Assembly (NCBI RefSeq): GCF_018977255.1
Contig: NW_024704762.1
Span: 7,502,001-7,566,000 of the forward strand
Length of the DNA stretch: 64,000 nt
Reading direction: 5' to 3'
From: Callorhinchus milii
Taxonomy: Eukaryota
Of this stretch, positions 10,655 through 23,500 are shown in pieces; position 1 is the first letter of the stretch; each line of letters begins with the position of its first letter. The position numbers were made by a program, and so were the translations under genes. Below the pieces are notes generated by a model. That model did not search any database. It was not told where the DNA came from and worked only from the letters and a program-made list of their open reading frames with translations.

Positions 10655-11023
10655 GTAAGCAAAGTTTTTTTGTGGTAGTTTCATGTGTGAACTCACGGAA
10701 CCCCTCTGCCTTGTGCAAACTCTCCTTGCTTTCAAAATCCTCCTTTAATTAAAAAAAACCTGCCTCTGTAGTTTTATTCACCTTCTTCCCACGTCTCCTT
10801 CTCACCTTGCTCAGTGACTCACCATGTCCCTGTGAAGCACATTGCGACCTCATCCTATGTGACAGCCACTGTGTAGTAATATTAATAATCCTTACACTTG
10901 ACATAGCACCTTATCACGTCGTTGAGACGTCTTAAAGGGCTTCACAGAATATATTGTGATTATATATAATTAAATTGACTGTATTTTGTAAGTTCACGTT
11001 GCTTGTTTACCGGTTGCCTGTAG

Positions 11024-11183
11024 GGGTCCTGAAGATGAGAAACAGTCATCTGCCGAGATGGACGCAGTTCTCAATCACCACAACAACATGCAGGAACGAC
11101 TTGCTGAGGAGATGCTCAGCCTCGCTCGCAACCTGAAGAACAACACGCTAGCCGCTCAGAACGTCATCAAGCAAGATAATCAG
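11024..11183 (+). CDS. USE1: USE1 exon 7 (SNARE coiled coil)
   Basis: cctgtag|G...CAG|gtacag; translates (R)[53 protein letters not shown]. Confidence 0.97.
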
Positions 11184-11277
11184 GTACAGTAGGAGATCTC
11201 TATAGGAATTTAGAACCATTTGGTTCATCGAGCTCACTCCACCACGGATCATTCCATGGCAACACACACGACCACCA

Positions 11278-11590
11278 AATAATCTGGCATTTGATACAGC
11301 GCTTTTCACGTCGGGAGGACGTCCCAAAGCGCTTCACAGAACACACTGTAAAGTGAATTGACTGTATATTTGTAGGCGAACGCGGCGGCCAATTGCGCAC
11401 AGCAATGTCCCACAAACAGTCGTAGATTGGAAATGACCAATTTATTATTGTTTTGGTTTTGGAGGGATTATTATTAGGCTCTGTGTGGAGTAAGGAAACT
11501 TGCCCGAGGTTTCGCCCTGACCTGCCGGGAATTGAACTCGGGTCTCTCGCTTGCAAAGCGAGTGCTCTAACCACTGAGCTACAGGACTCC
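11278..11590 (-). mobile_element. Full-length SINE, minority subfamily, in USE1 intron 7
   Basis: Same head, core and GGGACGTCCTCCCGACGTG tail as the 49708 copy, in reverse orientation. Confidence 0.92.
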
Positions 11591-12056
11591 ACAACCTCAC
11601 CAATTTCATTTCCCTGCCTTATTGGCTGCTGCGTTTTGCCCACAAAATACACAGTCACTAGACTTTATAGTATATTCTGTGACGCGATTTGAGACATCTT
11701 GAAAACGTGATAAGGCGCTATATCAAATGCAAGGATTATTATCCATTAATATTTGTATTCCCCCATTTCCTTCTTGAATCTCCACCAATTTCTCATCCAT
11801 GACTTTGTGCACTGAAATCTATAGCGCAGAAGGAGGCCATTTGGCCATCCAAGGCCACACCGAGAAAGTGAACTAATTCATCTCTGTGCAGGGGTCGGAG
11901 TGGGTGCAGATTAGCCTCTGTGTTTGCCTTTGTATCACTACACGTTAAACTAGCTCCTTGTTTGACTTGTTCTTCAATGCGTGAAGATGAAGCTGTGAGA
12001 CTCATGTCAAACTGACAGCAAGCCTCACCGCAATCTTTTCTTTTCACTGTGCACAG

Positions 12057-12239
12057 ACACTGACTCAGTCGATGAGGATGGCCGACCAGAATTTCGAGAA
12101 ACTGAAGGTGGAGTCAGAGCGCCTGGAGCAGCACACCAAGAAATCTGTCAACTGGCTGCTCTGGCTCATGCTCGTGTTTGTCTGTTTCATCTTCATCAGC
12201 ATGATCCTCTTCATCCGAATCTTTCCCAAACTGAGGTGA
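12057..12239 (+). CDS. USE1: USE1 exon 8 (end of SNARE motif, C-terminal transmembrane anchor, stop)
   Basis: gcacag|ACA; translates [63 protein letters not shown]. The eight exons sum to 777 nt, i.e. 258 aa plus stop. Confidence 0.97.
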   Translation, partial: TLTQSMRMADQNFEKLKVESERLEQHTKKSVNWLLWLMLVFVCFIFISMILFIRIFPKLR

Positions 12240-12934
12240 CCAACGCAAACAACACCTGGAGTGTTTGTTCCATGCACTAATCCCAAACTGGAGGTTTCAG
12301 CAACCCCCTCGTCTCTTTCCGTCCCCAGCCCCCCTCCCCAAACTGGAATTAACGAGATCAACCCCAAGTAGCATCACTGCTATGGATTGAGGTTCCGAGC
12401 CGAGCCTCTGATGAGCTGCTCATGTCTAGGAGTTTGACTGTGCTGCCTGCTCGAACAGCGAGTGTTCAACGAGGAGAGAAGAATGAAGTTCAGACGATGG
12501 TCGGCTGTGTTAACATAGTGACTTACGTATGCCAATATTTGGTTAGACTATCTCCTACTAGAGATTTTCTCTCTTCCTTCCCCCCCACTCCCCCCTACAC
12601 AAAAAAAAAGTCAGTGGTAATCTCATTGAACACGTTGTTTCTTATAACTGCACCATATGGGTTCGGGTTTATTGACTGCTGTGAGTGCCTGTGCACACAA
12701 GGTGTCCTGAAGTGCTCGAGCTTGCTAATCAGATCTGCTTTAATTTAAGTAACAGCTCTGGTTGTTAAGACAACACAGACTCCATTGTCTGAGAAGATAG
12801 AGGAGGATAGGTAGTTGTGGAGAGGGTCCCTGTGTGAGCTACTAAAGAGCAAATGGTAATGCAGAGAGCAGCCCCATGTCCCATTGGCTATTAGCAAAAT
12901 CCACTGTTTGGTGTTAAATTGATGATATATTCCT

Positions 12935-13260
12935 CAACGTTCCCAGATTTGATCCTTGGGTCTGTGCTGAGTTTGTTCATCTCAGCTGTCACAGCTGTAG
13001 AAATCAGGTCAGGGCACTTACAATTGGCTTTGGCACCCACTGGGGAAGGAAGGTGGGAAGGAACAGCCAGGGTTTCTGCTCTGCATCACTCTTTAATCTC
13101 CATCCCCACCACAAAGCTGCACAGGAAGGTACGTGAGTGTGGAATTCAGTCAGTACAGGATCAGGCTCGACTACATCTTGTAGCCTGGCAGCACTTTGTC
13201 TGGACTAACGATCAATAATGATCACGGGGTGAGTTAACAGAAGGTGAATCTGTACCCCAG
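12935..13260 (+). mobile_element. Ancient tRNA-derived SINE of a second family (LmeSINE1-like), in the USE1 3' UTR region
   Basis: GATCCTTGGGTCTGTGCTGAGTTTG..CATCTCAGC...ACAATTGGC...CAGCCAGGGTT...ACAGGATCAGGCTCG. Related pieces at about 2165-2200 (+), 5205-5305 (+), 29395-29452 (-) and 60440-60740 (-). Family name from recall only. Confidence 0.55.
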
Positions 13261-13340
13261 GATGCTATAATGGTCTTAATAAGGTAAATTGCCACATTAG
13301 AGAACTTGTACAATAAGCAGGAAATGGTTGAGGCACTACA

Positions 13341-13385
13341 AATAAAAGTGTTTCAAAAATCAATGTATTTCGTGCTTCCTTAACT
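13341..13385 (+). terminator. Candidate USE1 polyadenylation signal
   Basis: AATAAA at 13341-13346, about 1.1 kb after the stop, followed by T/GT-rich sequence. A second AATAAA lies at 13879-13884. Confidence 0.5.
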
Positions 13386-16300
13386 TTCTGCAGAGTTTAC
13401 AAAAACGGTACTTAAAGATTTAAGTGTCAGTCGGTTGTACTCTTGCTCAACGACGACATGATAAGGCGCTTTATCGAATGCAAGGATTACTATTGTAACA
13501 GTATATATTGCTGCTTTGATCTAAGGTACCATTATGAGCCACATTATGATTCTTGTACAGCTGCATTGGTTGAACGCTATTCCTATCTCCTGGGTCCTGC
13601 ACAAGCGTTTGTTATATTTACACTTTAATTTAAACAGGATCTAAGTCTTTTTTGTATTTGAGTGGGGACTTGAACTGGTTTGCTATCAGCCTTTCTGCCC
13701 TCCACTCTCTTGACCTCCACGCAGACAATCCTTCCAACTCGTTCCCTCCCTCTCCTCATTCAAGGTCCGTCTTCAGATATAGCTCTTTGACCGTGCTATT
13801 GATCTTTTTCCTCTCCTCACTCCCCTCGTCTCCCACCCCCAGCTCGGGGAAAGAGCGGAGTGCTTTGGGAGCGCCAGGAATAAAGCCAGTCAACGCTTAA
13901 CACAAGTAAAGCTATTCCACTTTTAAAATAGGAATAACGTTTGATTCTAATGTTAAATTAAGAACTTTGAATTTTTAAATCGTATTTTTAGGGTGCAGCA
14001 GAAATTTCCCAGGGATTTATCTTCTTGGAATTGGAATCTTATTTCCTACAGTTATTCCCTCTCTCCCTGCCTCTCTCCAGAGATTCAATCAATTGGGGTG
14101 AGGGTGACCACAATACAAATTGTACATGATGAAGCTTTTTTTAAATTTGTACATTCTGCGGTATTTATCATCTGAGAACAATGTTTTCATTTCCCTGCCC
14201 AGTGATCTATGTGGCCTCTGTAAGTGGGGCTGCCAATTTAGTGCCATTTAATGCTGAGTTATGGACCATTTGTCCTCTCGCTCATGACCAATGGATGAGG
14301 CTTGCTCAAACTAATTTCACCTTGGCTCTTAAAACTTTCACAGAGGGGGTGTGGTGAGAGAGGAGTCTTTATCCATCTGTCTGGTCTTGGCTTCGAACCA
14401 AATTCCCTTAATTATCCCCAACAGAAAAAAAGGAGAGTTTAGAAAGCGTTTCTTTGCTCAAGAAGCTTTGTTAGGATTTGGAATACATTCCCACGATTGG
14501 ACATTGAGATTGGATCAATAGCATCATTCAATAGGGGAGCCAGAAAAGCGTGCGAGCAGTAAAAATATTAAGGGATACAGGAAAGAGCTTCAAATTGGGA
14601 TTAATAATTTTTTAAAAAGCAACAAGAAAACAGGTACCGAGGACATAGATATTATGTTAAGAAAATTTCTGTTTCTGTCCCGGAGTGTGGGAGGCTAGTG
14701 CTCTTAGCTCTACAGCCTGCTCTACTTCCAAGGCATCCTTAAGGTTGTCAGCTTCTGATTGCTAGAAAGGAAGCAAAGGGATTGAAGGGAACCTATCTCC
14801 CGACTTATGATCCCAAGCTGTTCCGAAGTATGCAAATCTGGGTTGAATTGGTTTGGCGAGTTAAGAGTCCACGAGGTGGCGACATTTCTTAACTCCCACG
14901 CCACAAAACTTGTCCTCCCATTAGCATTCTTTCGGGTCAGAAACACAGCTATAAAAATACACAGTTGCTACACTTTACGGTGAATTTGCGAAGCACTCCA
15001 ACACAACCTAATGCAATGAATATTATTCTGGGAGAATATCGAGCAGAGAGGAGAAGTGATCGTGAAGATTCACAGACACAGTCAGCGAGAGACCCTCACA
15101 GTGATGTGTCAAGTTTCATCCCTGGTGTTCAGTACAGACTTATTCCTGAGGGTGATAATTCTGACCTGCATTTCTTTATTTTTTTACTCCTTTCTGGATA
15201 AAGTAACATCAAAACTGTTATCTACCAGCTTATGAGCTGACTTTGCGTAATGTTTTAAGACATCCTGGGAGAAAAAGTGATTTTGGGAGTAATAGTATAA
15301 TCCTTTGCATTTGATATAGAGCCTTATGTCATCGAAACCTCTCAAAGCGCTTCACAGGATTTACTGCAACTGATTGTGTCTGTAGGCAAACAAGGTAGAC
15401 AATTTGCGCGCAGCAATGTCCCACAAAGCCATGAGTTGAATGACAGTGGCAAGTCCTCAAAACATTCACAATCTTAAACTAAAAATTCAAGCTGGAATAT
15501 AATGTTCTCTTTGACCGTGCCTTCAGCTCCCCTCTCGACTCTCTACCCCCTCCTCGCTCCCTCCCTTCCCTCCCCTCACCATTTCCCCCCTGGTCGGGTC
15601 CTGACCCAACTGTACAGCGCCTTGGGACGTCCTTCCGACGTGAAAGGCGCTCAATAAATGGAATCTTGTTGTTGTTGTAATGTTATGTGACTTAATCTTC
15701 ATTAGTGTTACTCAATGGTTTAATGTCCAAGGGCTCTTGGAACATCTTCCTGTTGGATCCATAGCATATTCTTACATTTAGTTAAGGAGAAAGGGGGATG
15801 AGAGTAGGTAGCGCTAATCAGGGAGCCAACACCAGCACAGATACAATGAGACGAAAAGCCTGATGTGTGGTAAACTTTCTATAATTCTAAGAAACAACTT
15901 GTTGCTGTAATGGTATTCAGCCCATCAAGCCGGCCCTCTTTACAATCCACACAAAAAAGCTCTTATCATTGGTGTCCACACCACCCAACTGTTCTGAGGG
16001 AGTCTCCCCTGAACAGGCTGCTTTTGCCCTAGTGTTTTACACTGGGGAACATCAATCAGCCAGAAACCCCCATGATAACAGATGTGTGGTTGAACATCAC
16101 ATGAGGAGGCATTCGACAAGAGGTATCTCACTTTCCAGCTCTGCAATCTCACAGCAAAAGGGCGGACAACAAAAAACGCTTTGTTCAAAAGGATAGTTAA
16201 AATGTTCACTTGTGTGTATTAACCAACGTGGATAGGAATAGGTCCCTTTGTATTTAGCATTATATCTGATGTTGTGTACCTCAAATGTACAGGAGAGGCA

Positions 16301-17477
16301 GGAGTTAATCTGACTGCCATGGCTGAGGGGAGGAGTGGGGGGGACATAGTAGGAACAGAAGGTGAAGGACGTCTTGTTTGGTGAAATATCTCCACGTAGA
16401 GAGATGATGTTGGTCCTTCCACAATAGCTTTGTATCTCTGTGATATGGAGATAACACAAACGCAAGACATACAATACGATTTACATTTATATAGTGCCTT
16501 TCACGTCAGGAGGATGTCTCAAAGCGCATGACAAAATCTGACACGTTGTGCTCACATGATAATTAGCATTAAGGTAATTACAGACCTTGCGAAGTTCGGT
16601 GATATTTGCATGTCTGTCAGGAACTCAAATTTACAACAACAACAAATTACATTCGTGCAGTGCAGTGGCTTCCATGTCGGGACATCTGCAATTTAGAAAA
16701 ACAAAGCAGCAAATGAAATAAAATAACGGAACCAACTGCAAACAGAGACTGGAAGAAATGTGACATTGCTGTTTGCAAATTGTCTGCTACGCTCACCTAC
16801 AAAATACATACAGTCGTTTCGCTTAACAGTAAATCCCGTGAAGCGCTTTGAGACGTCCTCCTGATGTGAAAGACGTTGTAACGGATCCAAGGATTATTGT
16901 TTTTAAATATATGTCAGGATAACCAGGCTTCATTTGAAAAACAACAGCCGAGAGGGGATAAGTCCGTTGATTCTCAAGAAATACCCACCCTAATTTACCG
17001 AGAAGCCAGTCGAGATATTTCGCTGTTATGGGTGCTGTAAAAATGCCAATGTTTTCTTGTGAATGAAGGAGTCAATTTTTGAAAATGAATAAATAAAAAA
17101 ATGGAAACGATGAGTTCTGGACACAAGCGATAAACTTGTGCTTGCCGTGGTGGAACGCAGCCTGCCAAGTTTCCTGCTGCTTTAGTCTGACTGGAGGGGA
17201 GAGCTCCAGCGAGGCAAGCTTGCGTACGGGTTAACTGGATGACCTCTGTATGTATGTGTGTGTGTGTGTGTATATACTGTCAATTTTTCTATGATTCTCT
17301 GTGTTATTTGTTTACAGCAACAACGATGACAACAAAATTACAATTTGTATAGCACCTTTCACGTCGGGAGGACGTCCCAAGGCGCTGGACAAACCTGAGC
17401 TGGGGGCGGCGGTGGTGGGGGTGGGGGGTCAGGAGGATGGAGGGCAGTGGGGGCGAAGCAGGGAGATCAAATTCTCT

Positions 17478-17833
17478 NNNNNNNNNNNNNNNNNNNNNNN
17501 NNNNNNNNNNNNNNNNNNNNNNNNNNNNNNNNNNNNNNNNNNNNNNNNNNNNNNNNNNNNNNNNNNNNNNNNNNNNNNNNNNNNNNNNNNNNNNNNNNNN
17601 NNNNNNNNNNNNNNNNNNNNNNNNNNNNNNNNNNNNNNNNNNNNNNNNNNNNNNNNNNNNNNNNNNNNNNNNNNNNNNNNNNNNNNNNNNNNNNNNNNNN
17701 NNNNNNNNNNNNNNNNNNNNNNNNNNNNNNNNNNNNNNNNNNNNNNNNNNNNNNNNNNNNNNNNNNNNNNNNNNNNNNNNNNNNNNNNNNNNNNNNNNNN
17801 NNNNNNNNNNNNNNNNNNNNNNNNNNNNNNNNN
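17478..17833. other. Assembly gap (N run)
   Basis: Run of N. Confidence 1.
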
Positions 17834-19819
17834 CCCACCCACCCACTCATTCCCAGTCCCAGTCCCAGTCCAGTCCATGTAGGCTGGATGAGCCAGTGCA
17901 TGTTTTCCCCGTGTCCCGTGCCTCCCCCTCTCAGTCTGGCGACGCTTGTTTACTCGCTACAATCAGAAGAAGTTTCACAGTGATGGTTCAAGGCTCTCTC
18001 TCCAGATCCACGGATTGCTCTTCTTGATTTAAATCCACCCCCCACCCACCGCCCACCCTCCACACCCCCCACCCATATTTCTCTCTTTCTTCATTTAATT
18101 TTTTTTGGTGGTGGGGGAAAAAAAAATCAAAGAAAAAAAATTGCTGTATTTTTTTTCTCTCTCTCTCTTTGCCTCCTCCACCTCCAACCCCCCCCCCCCC
18201 TCCTCCCCCCCCACACCACCTTTTTTGGGGGGCTTCCCCCCAAAAAAGAGAAGAGAAGAGAAGAGACAGACAGAGACAGAGAGAGAGACCAAGCTGAGGA
18301 AGGAAGGAGGTTGAAGAAAGAGGAGAAGAACCTGAAAATATATTTCGAGAGGAACAGAAAGAGAGAGAATCAGTTGGAAAAATGCATTGAAATCCAAAGA
18401 GGCAGAGACTACAGTTGGAAGGAAGGCTGTGGCTGAACACTTTGCTGCCTTGAGGGACATCATCTGATCCATTTGCATTGAACGTATATTCGAAGTTAAT
18501 CAGAAGTCAAGGAGAAGGGAAGAATTTAAAAAGACTTGTTCAACTATTTTTACCCCTCTCTCTCTCTCTCTCTCTCCCCTCCCTCTCCTCTCTCTCTTAG
18601 GGGGGAGAAAGAGCAAGAGGAGGAGGAGGAGGAGGAGGAGAGTTGGACTTTGGAATAAATATCTATCTGTCTCTCTATCTATCTCAAACACACACACACA
18701 CAAACATTGGAGGAATATCCCTCATCTGGAGGCCAAAGAGAATCAATCCTGTTTGGAAAATAAGAAAGGAAAATTCAAAGGAAGATCAGCTGGAACAATA
18801 TTTTTTTTTGGGGGGGTGGGGGGTTTGTGTCAGGAGGATATTGCTGTTCAGCCTCTGGTTTGTTGGGTGACTTACAAGTTTTTATTTATTGTATCATTTT
18901 TATTTCATCCTTCCTCTTTTTGTGCTGCCAATAAGAGAGTGGGGAGGACTAAGAGTTGGGAGGTTTTTTTGTGTGTGTGTCTGGGGAGGGAAAGGGAAAG
19001 AGAAGGAGGGGAATAGAGAGAGAGAGAGAGAGAGAAATTGGTATAAAGAAAATGAAATGAAGGATTCTTTGCAGTTGAGCGAAGAATGGAAGAGAAGCTG
19101 CAACTTTTTCACCTGAAAACCTGAAGAAGAAGAAGAAGAAGAAGAAGAAGAAGAAGAAGAGAAGAAGAAAAGAACAAACAAACAAAAAGAACATTTGCAA
19201 AGCAATTTGCCAACTTTTTCTTTGGTGGGGGAAAAAGGAACCTTTCTCTTTTTTTTCTCTCTCCCTCCCTCTCCCTCTCAGAAGAAAAAACTTTTCCCCC
19301 TCAAGTGAAACCTTCTGCATTCCTTCTCCCCCCCCAAACCCCCCCCCATTTCTCACCACTTGACACAAGGCAACAAAAAACTTCCAACTGAATCTTCACC
19401 CCCCAACAACTCCACAAAGCAACCGAACCAAACAACTTTTTTTTTGTGCAGAGAAGAGGAGAGAAGAAGAGGAGAGAAGAGAAAAAGAAAAAGAAGAAAA
19501 GTAGTAGTAGTAGTAGTAGTGTGTGTGTGTGTGTGTGGGGGTTTGTGTTTTATAAATGTTTTCAAATGGGACAACGTGAAGGACTCGTTCCACTTTTGAC
19601 CGCTTTTGCTGCAAAGCGACGACTTTTAACTTATTAAAAAAAAGGCTTTTTTTTTTGGGGGTGGGGAGTGGGTGGGGGGTGGGTGGTGGGGTGGGGGGGG
19701 GGGAGAGAGGAAGATTTATTCACCGGGAAGATTTTATTCTGGACTTTTTTTTTTGGGGAAAAAAAAGGAGAAGAAGAAGGAGGAGGAGGAGGAGGAGAAG
19801 GAGTCTTGTAGCCTGTGTT
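17834..19819. repeat. Low-complexity block of purine/pyrimidine-skewed simple repeats upstream of INSR
   Basis: (CCCAGT)n near 17852, C-runs at 18188-18212, (CT)n near 18556-18597, (GGA)n near 18618-18640, (GAA)12 at 19123-19158, (GTA)n(GT)n at 19501-19536, G-runs at 19656-19702. Confidence 0.9.
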
Positions 19820-19990
19820 NNNNNNNNNNNNNNNNNNNNNNNNNNNNNNNNNNNNNNNNNNNNNNNNNNNNNNNNNNNNNNNNNNNNNNNNNNNNNNNNN
19901 NNNNNNNNNNNNNNNNNNNNNNNNNNNNNNNNNNNNNNNNNNNNNNNNNNNNNNNNNNNNNNNNNNNNNNNNNNNNNNNNNNNNNNNNNN
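19820..19990. other. Assembly gap (N run) just upstream of INSR exon 1 coding sequence
   Basis: Run of N. Confidence 1.
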
Positions 19991-20460
19991 CTACTCACTC
20001 GCCAGGCCTAGGCCCGGAGCCTGGGGCTCGATTTTGCAGCGGCCGCGGGACGATGGGGATGAAAGCGGCGGCGCTGGGCTTGCTGACCCTCCTCCTGCTC
20101 CTGGCGGACGCGGGACGGACCGAACCCAAGAGTGAGTACTGTTAATGGCGGTGGGTGCGGTGCGGTGCGGTTTGGGGGGGGGGGGGGGGGACAGTTTGTA
20201 AATAAAATGGCTGTGAGGGGGTATCTGGGCCCCAGACCCCCGCGGGGTTTCCCCCTCTCTCTCCCCCCCCCCCCCACACCTATTTGCCTTGTAAAGAGGA
20301 TCCCTTCCCTCACGCCCACACACCCACCCACCCACAGGCCTAACGTGCACCCAGAAACCCGGGGGGTGGGGGTCGCTCAAGGCTGAGCCAAACTCGAGAG
20401 CCGGGGTTCGAAGCAGCCACTAGGCCCACCCCTCCCTTCACTCTCCTCCTCCCCACCCGG
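19991..20460. promoter_or_regulatory. GC/CpG-rich island around INSR exon 1
   Basis: Dense CpG and G/C runs around the ATG, contrasting with CpG-poor flanks. Confidence 0.7.
20053..20131 (+). CDS. INSR: Insulin receptor exon 1 (signal peptide)
   Basis: acgATGg Kozak context. MGMKAAALGLLTLLLLLADAGRTEPK has a hydrophobic signal core. Phase-1 donor A|gtgagt joins exon 2 in frame (A+TT = Ile). Confidence 0.85.
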
Positions 20461-20477
20461 GAGCACAGTTTAATTTA

Positions 20478-20550
20478 ATATATATATATATATATATATA
20501 CATATAAAGCTCATATATATATATATATGTGTGTGTGTGTGTTTATATAT
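20478..20550. repeat. (TA)n/(TG)n microsatellite
   Basis: Direct reading. Other simple repeats: (AAT)n 6775-6800, (GGTTT)n 7393-7414, (GT)n 7534-7558, (GT)n 56179-56203, (GA)n 58782-58805, (CA)n 60324-60352. Confidence 0.9.
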
Positions 20551-23500
20551 AATATAAGACGCGGTCGATTCACTTTACAGTCTGTTCGTGGAAGCGCTTT
20601 GAGACTTCGCGAAGACGTGATAAGGCGCTGCACCGAATGCCGGGGCTCTCCTTATAATTATTGTTGTTAATTCGATTATTGATCATATTCCCTTCAGTTC
20701 GGTAAACGCTGAAGTCTTGAGGATCGCTGAAGCTCCCCCCACACCCGACAGTGTGCGCATTGGCTTTTTGCTGTGCCTCATTCTTTCTGTGAAGGGATCG
20801 ATCGATTGATTGACTGATCGATTCGATCCAGATATTCAAATAAAATCACTAAATTGCGGGGATAAGTGAAGCTTTCGCGGGAGACGTAATGTACCCGCGT
20901 GTTTTATTTTATTCTGGCGGGTGGGTGTTTGGTGGTGGAGGAAGGGAACAGGTCTATGTGTTCATTTTAATTGCTCAATCTCTTCGCAAATGGAACTGGA
21001 GGGTGAAGGTGTTTTGACATTTCAAGTTTTGTTTTGTACACATTGGAGTGAAGTTTTTTTTAGTGTAAATGTTTCCCACTCTTGTCCCCCCCCCCCTCCC
21101 CCCGCCGTCCCCTTTGAAAGTTTTGCAGCCTGCCGCTTATGCCTTAATATCCCTTTTCTCTTTATTATTATTAGTGTTATTTACTGCGGTGTGGAATTGC
21201 TGGCGTCAAAAGTTTTCTGCGTGATTGTATAATGACCGCAAGCCACTTCACAGCGCAAATAATTGATATTAATCTAGTCGTTCAGTCTGTGTGGGTTAAT
21301 CTTTTTAACCCTGACAATGTTTTCGAGGTCCGTCCCAGCAAATGTGTTGCATTTGGACTTTTGTTTTGTAACATCAGTATTTTTTTTAAAAAAAGCCCCC
21401 CCCACTTCCCCCCATAAAATGGAGGTGAGGTAAAACATAGGTACCAGTTGTTTGTGGAAACAATTTGCCCCGAAGGATATTTATTTTTATTTTTAAAAAG
21501 CAAAGGTAACAACCTGTCCTGACAGCGCTGATAGTGGTATTGTGTACAATTCATTTTTTGTGCACCTCGTAACTGCATTATACTTGTGGGAAAGATCGTT
21601 ATCGTTAGTCCCTGTGGAACAGTGAATTATAGTCAGGATGTAACCACAGTTCTTTAAGAACAATGGGGAATGCGCTGTCACTAGTCCAATAACCCATGCC
21701 ACTGTTTAAAAAAGGAAACTGGTAGTAAAGGAGGAGAGAAAAAAANCTCATTCACAACTTGTCCAGAAAGGTCGCGCTTGCGGCTGCTTTCAAATCCAGT
21801 TGCCGTTATCGTCCCTTTCCTGAGCTCGTTCAGCCTTAAAAGGTTCTCTTTGACGCCTGCAGTTTGGCTGAGGCTTTGGAGGTAGTTAAATCGGTGGCAC
21901 TTCGATAAGTTTGGGCAAGAGTACCGCTTGTTTATTTTTGGCTTTTTATTTTAAAAAAAATGCCCTTTCGTTACGCTGCCGAGATGCAGGAAGCGTTGGA
22001 GGAAGCGATTGATTTTTGGCAGTGGGGATGGTGGTGAAATAGTTTAGATTAATGCCGGGGATGTGGAGTCTTAGTTATGATGAAAGACAAGGTGGATTTG
22101 GGTTATATTCCTTCGACTTGTGGTTAAGAGAATGATGTGATTACTCTCCTCTATAGGAGGTAAGCGATGTCGCCTTGGGGCTGAGCAGGCTCCATTGCCT
22201 CACAATGGAATATCAGAATTGAGTCGATCCTGTGCTGCTAACTCCGCAAGCCAAAGCCCTAATGGATAGGGTGGTCTTAGCTGGAAAAGCAGTGGGAAGC
22301 TTGCCAGGCTGTGTTTGCAATGGCAAACTTCACTAGCTTTAGAGGGGTTTTGCTACAGGAAAAAGATGAGGAGAGCTTAATCTCCACGGTACAGAAACAA
22401 GTCGGTTGGCAAGGGAACCTCCTTGAGGATTGTGAAACATTAAACAATATGGACTGGGTAAACCCGGAATATTACTTCACATTAAACCAGGAAAATTGGA
22501 CCTAATTTAAAATTTATGAATAGGAATTTTACATTGGGAAAAATATTTTCTTTGACTGATAAGTGTTGGAATAATCAACTGCGGATGGGGGGGAAATAAG
22601 AGGGATGTTTGAAAATAAATTACAGTATTTAAATAGAGTGGAAGGATTTAGACAATCCCAGGTCCAATTTTTCCAGACTGCTGAGTCCCATGACACTATT
22701 GAACAAGAGAAGGGAGTTTCTCCTGGGGTACTGGCCAACAGTAATAATATTCTTCAAATTTGGTGCAGTCCTTTTCATATCGGACGGACGCCTCAAACCA
22801 CTTCACATAATGTACTACATGATGTGTGTTTGGTGGGTGAATGCGGCAACCATTTTTGCACAAAGCAGTGTCCCACAAAACAGCCATAAATTGAATGACA
22901 ATCCTGCAGGCTAAATTTGTTATTCAACTTCTGGCTGTTTATGGGACTTAACTATGCACCTAGTGGCTGTGGTATTTGCCTTAAAGAACAGTTACTACAC
23001 TTGATGTTTCAAGTGTTTCGCCCACAAATATACGGTCAATTCACTGTACAGCATATTCTGCGAAGCGCTTTGAAACATCTAGAAGACATGAAAAGTGCAA
23101 TATCAAATGCAAGGATTATTATTATATATAATACACAATATAAAAAAAATCCTGGCAAAGGAAGTCCTATCACTTTTTTTAGGGGGTGAGGAGGTGAGGT
23201 ATCTTAACCACTGAAAGGAAATTTAGTATTCAAACAGTAATGAGATATGAGCTCCAGACTCCCAGATACTCTCTTTTGCACCGTAAACATTTCCAAGCTT
23301 TTATTGTTGAAACAAAAATTGGGTTGGTTGAAATGAATTGCAGACAAACGTTGAATGTTTGTTCCTGTCCCGAGAGACATCTGCTGGGGCATGCACAGAT
23401 TTATCACCGTCTGTCAGGTCTTTTCTTTATCAACTAAATTTATATTTCCCAGGTTTAAGGTAATGGCATTTGAGTGTAAATTATTTCAATTGAGTCTCTG

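Noticed and set aside
17301-20380. Many long ORFs with X runs or poly-E/K/R/G/S tracts
   Set aside because: Artefacts of N gaps and simple repeats; only the 20053-20131 signal-peptide exon is supported.
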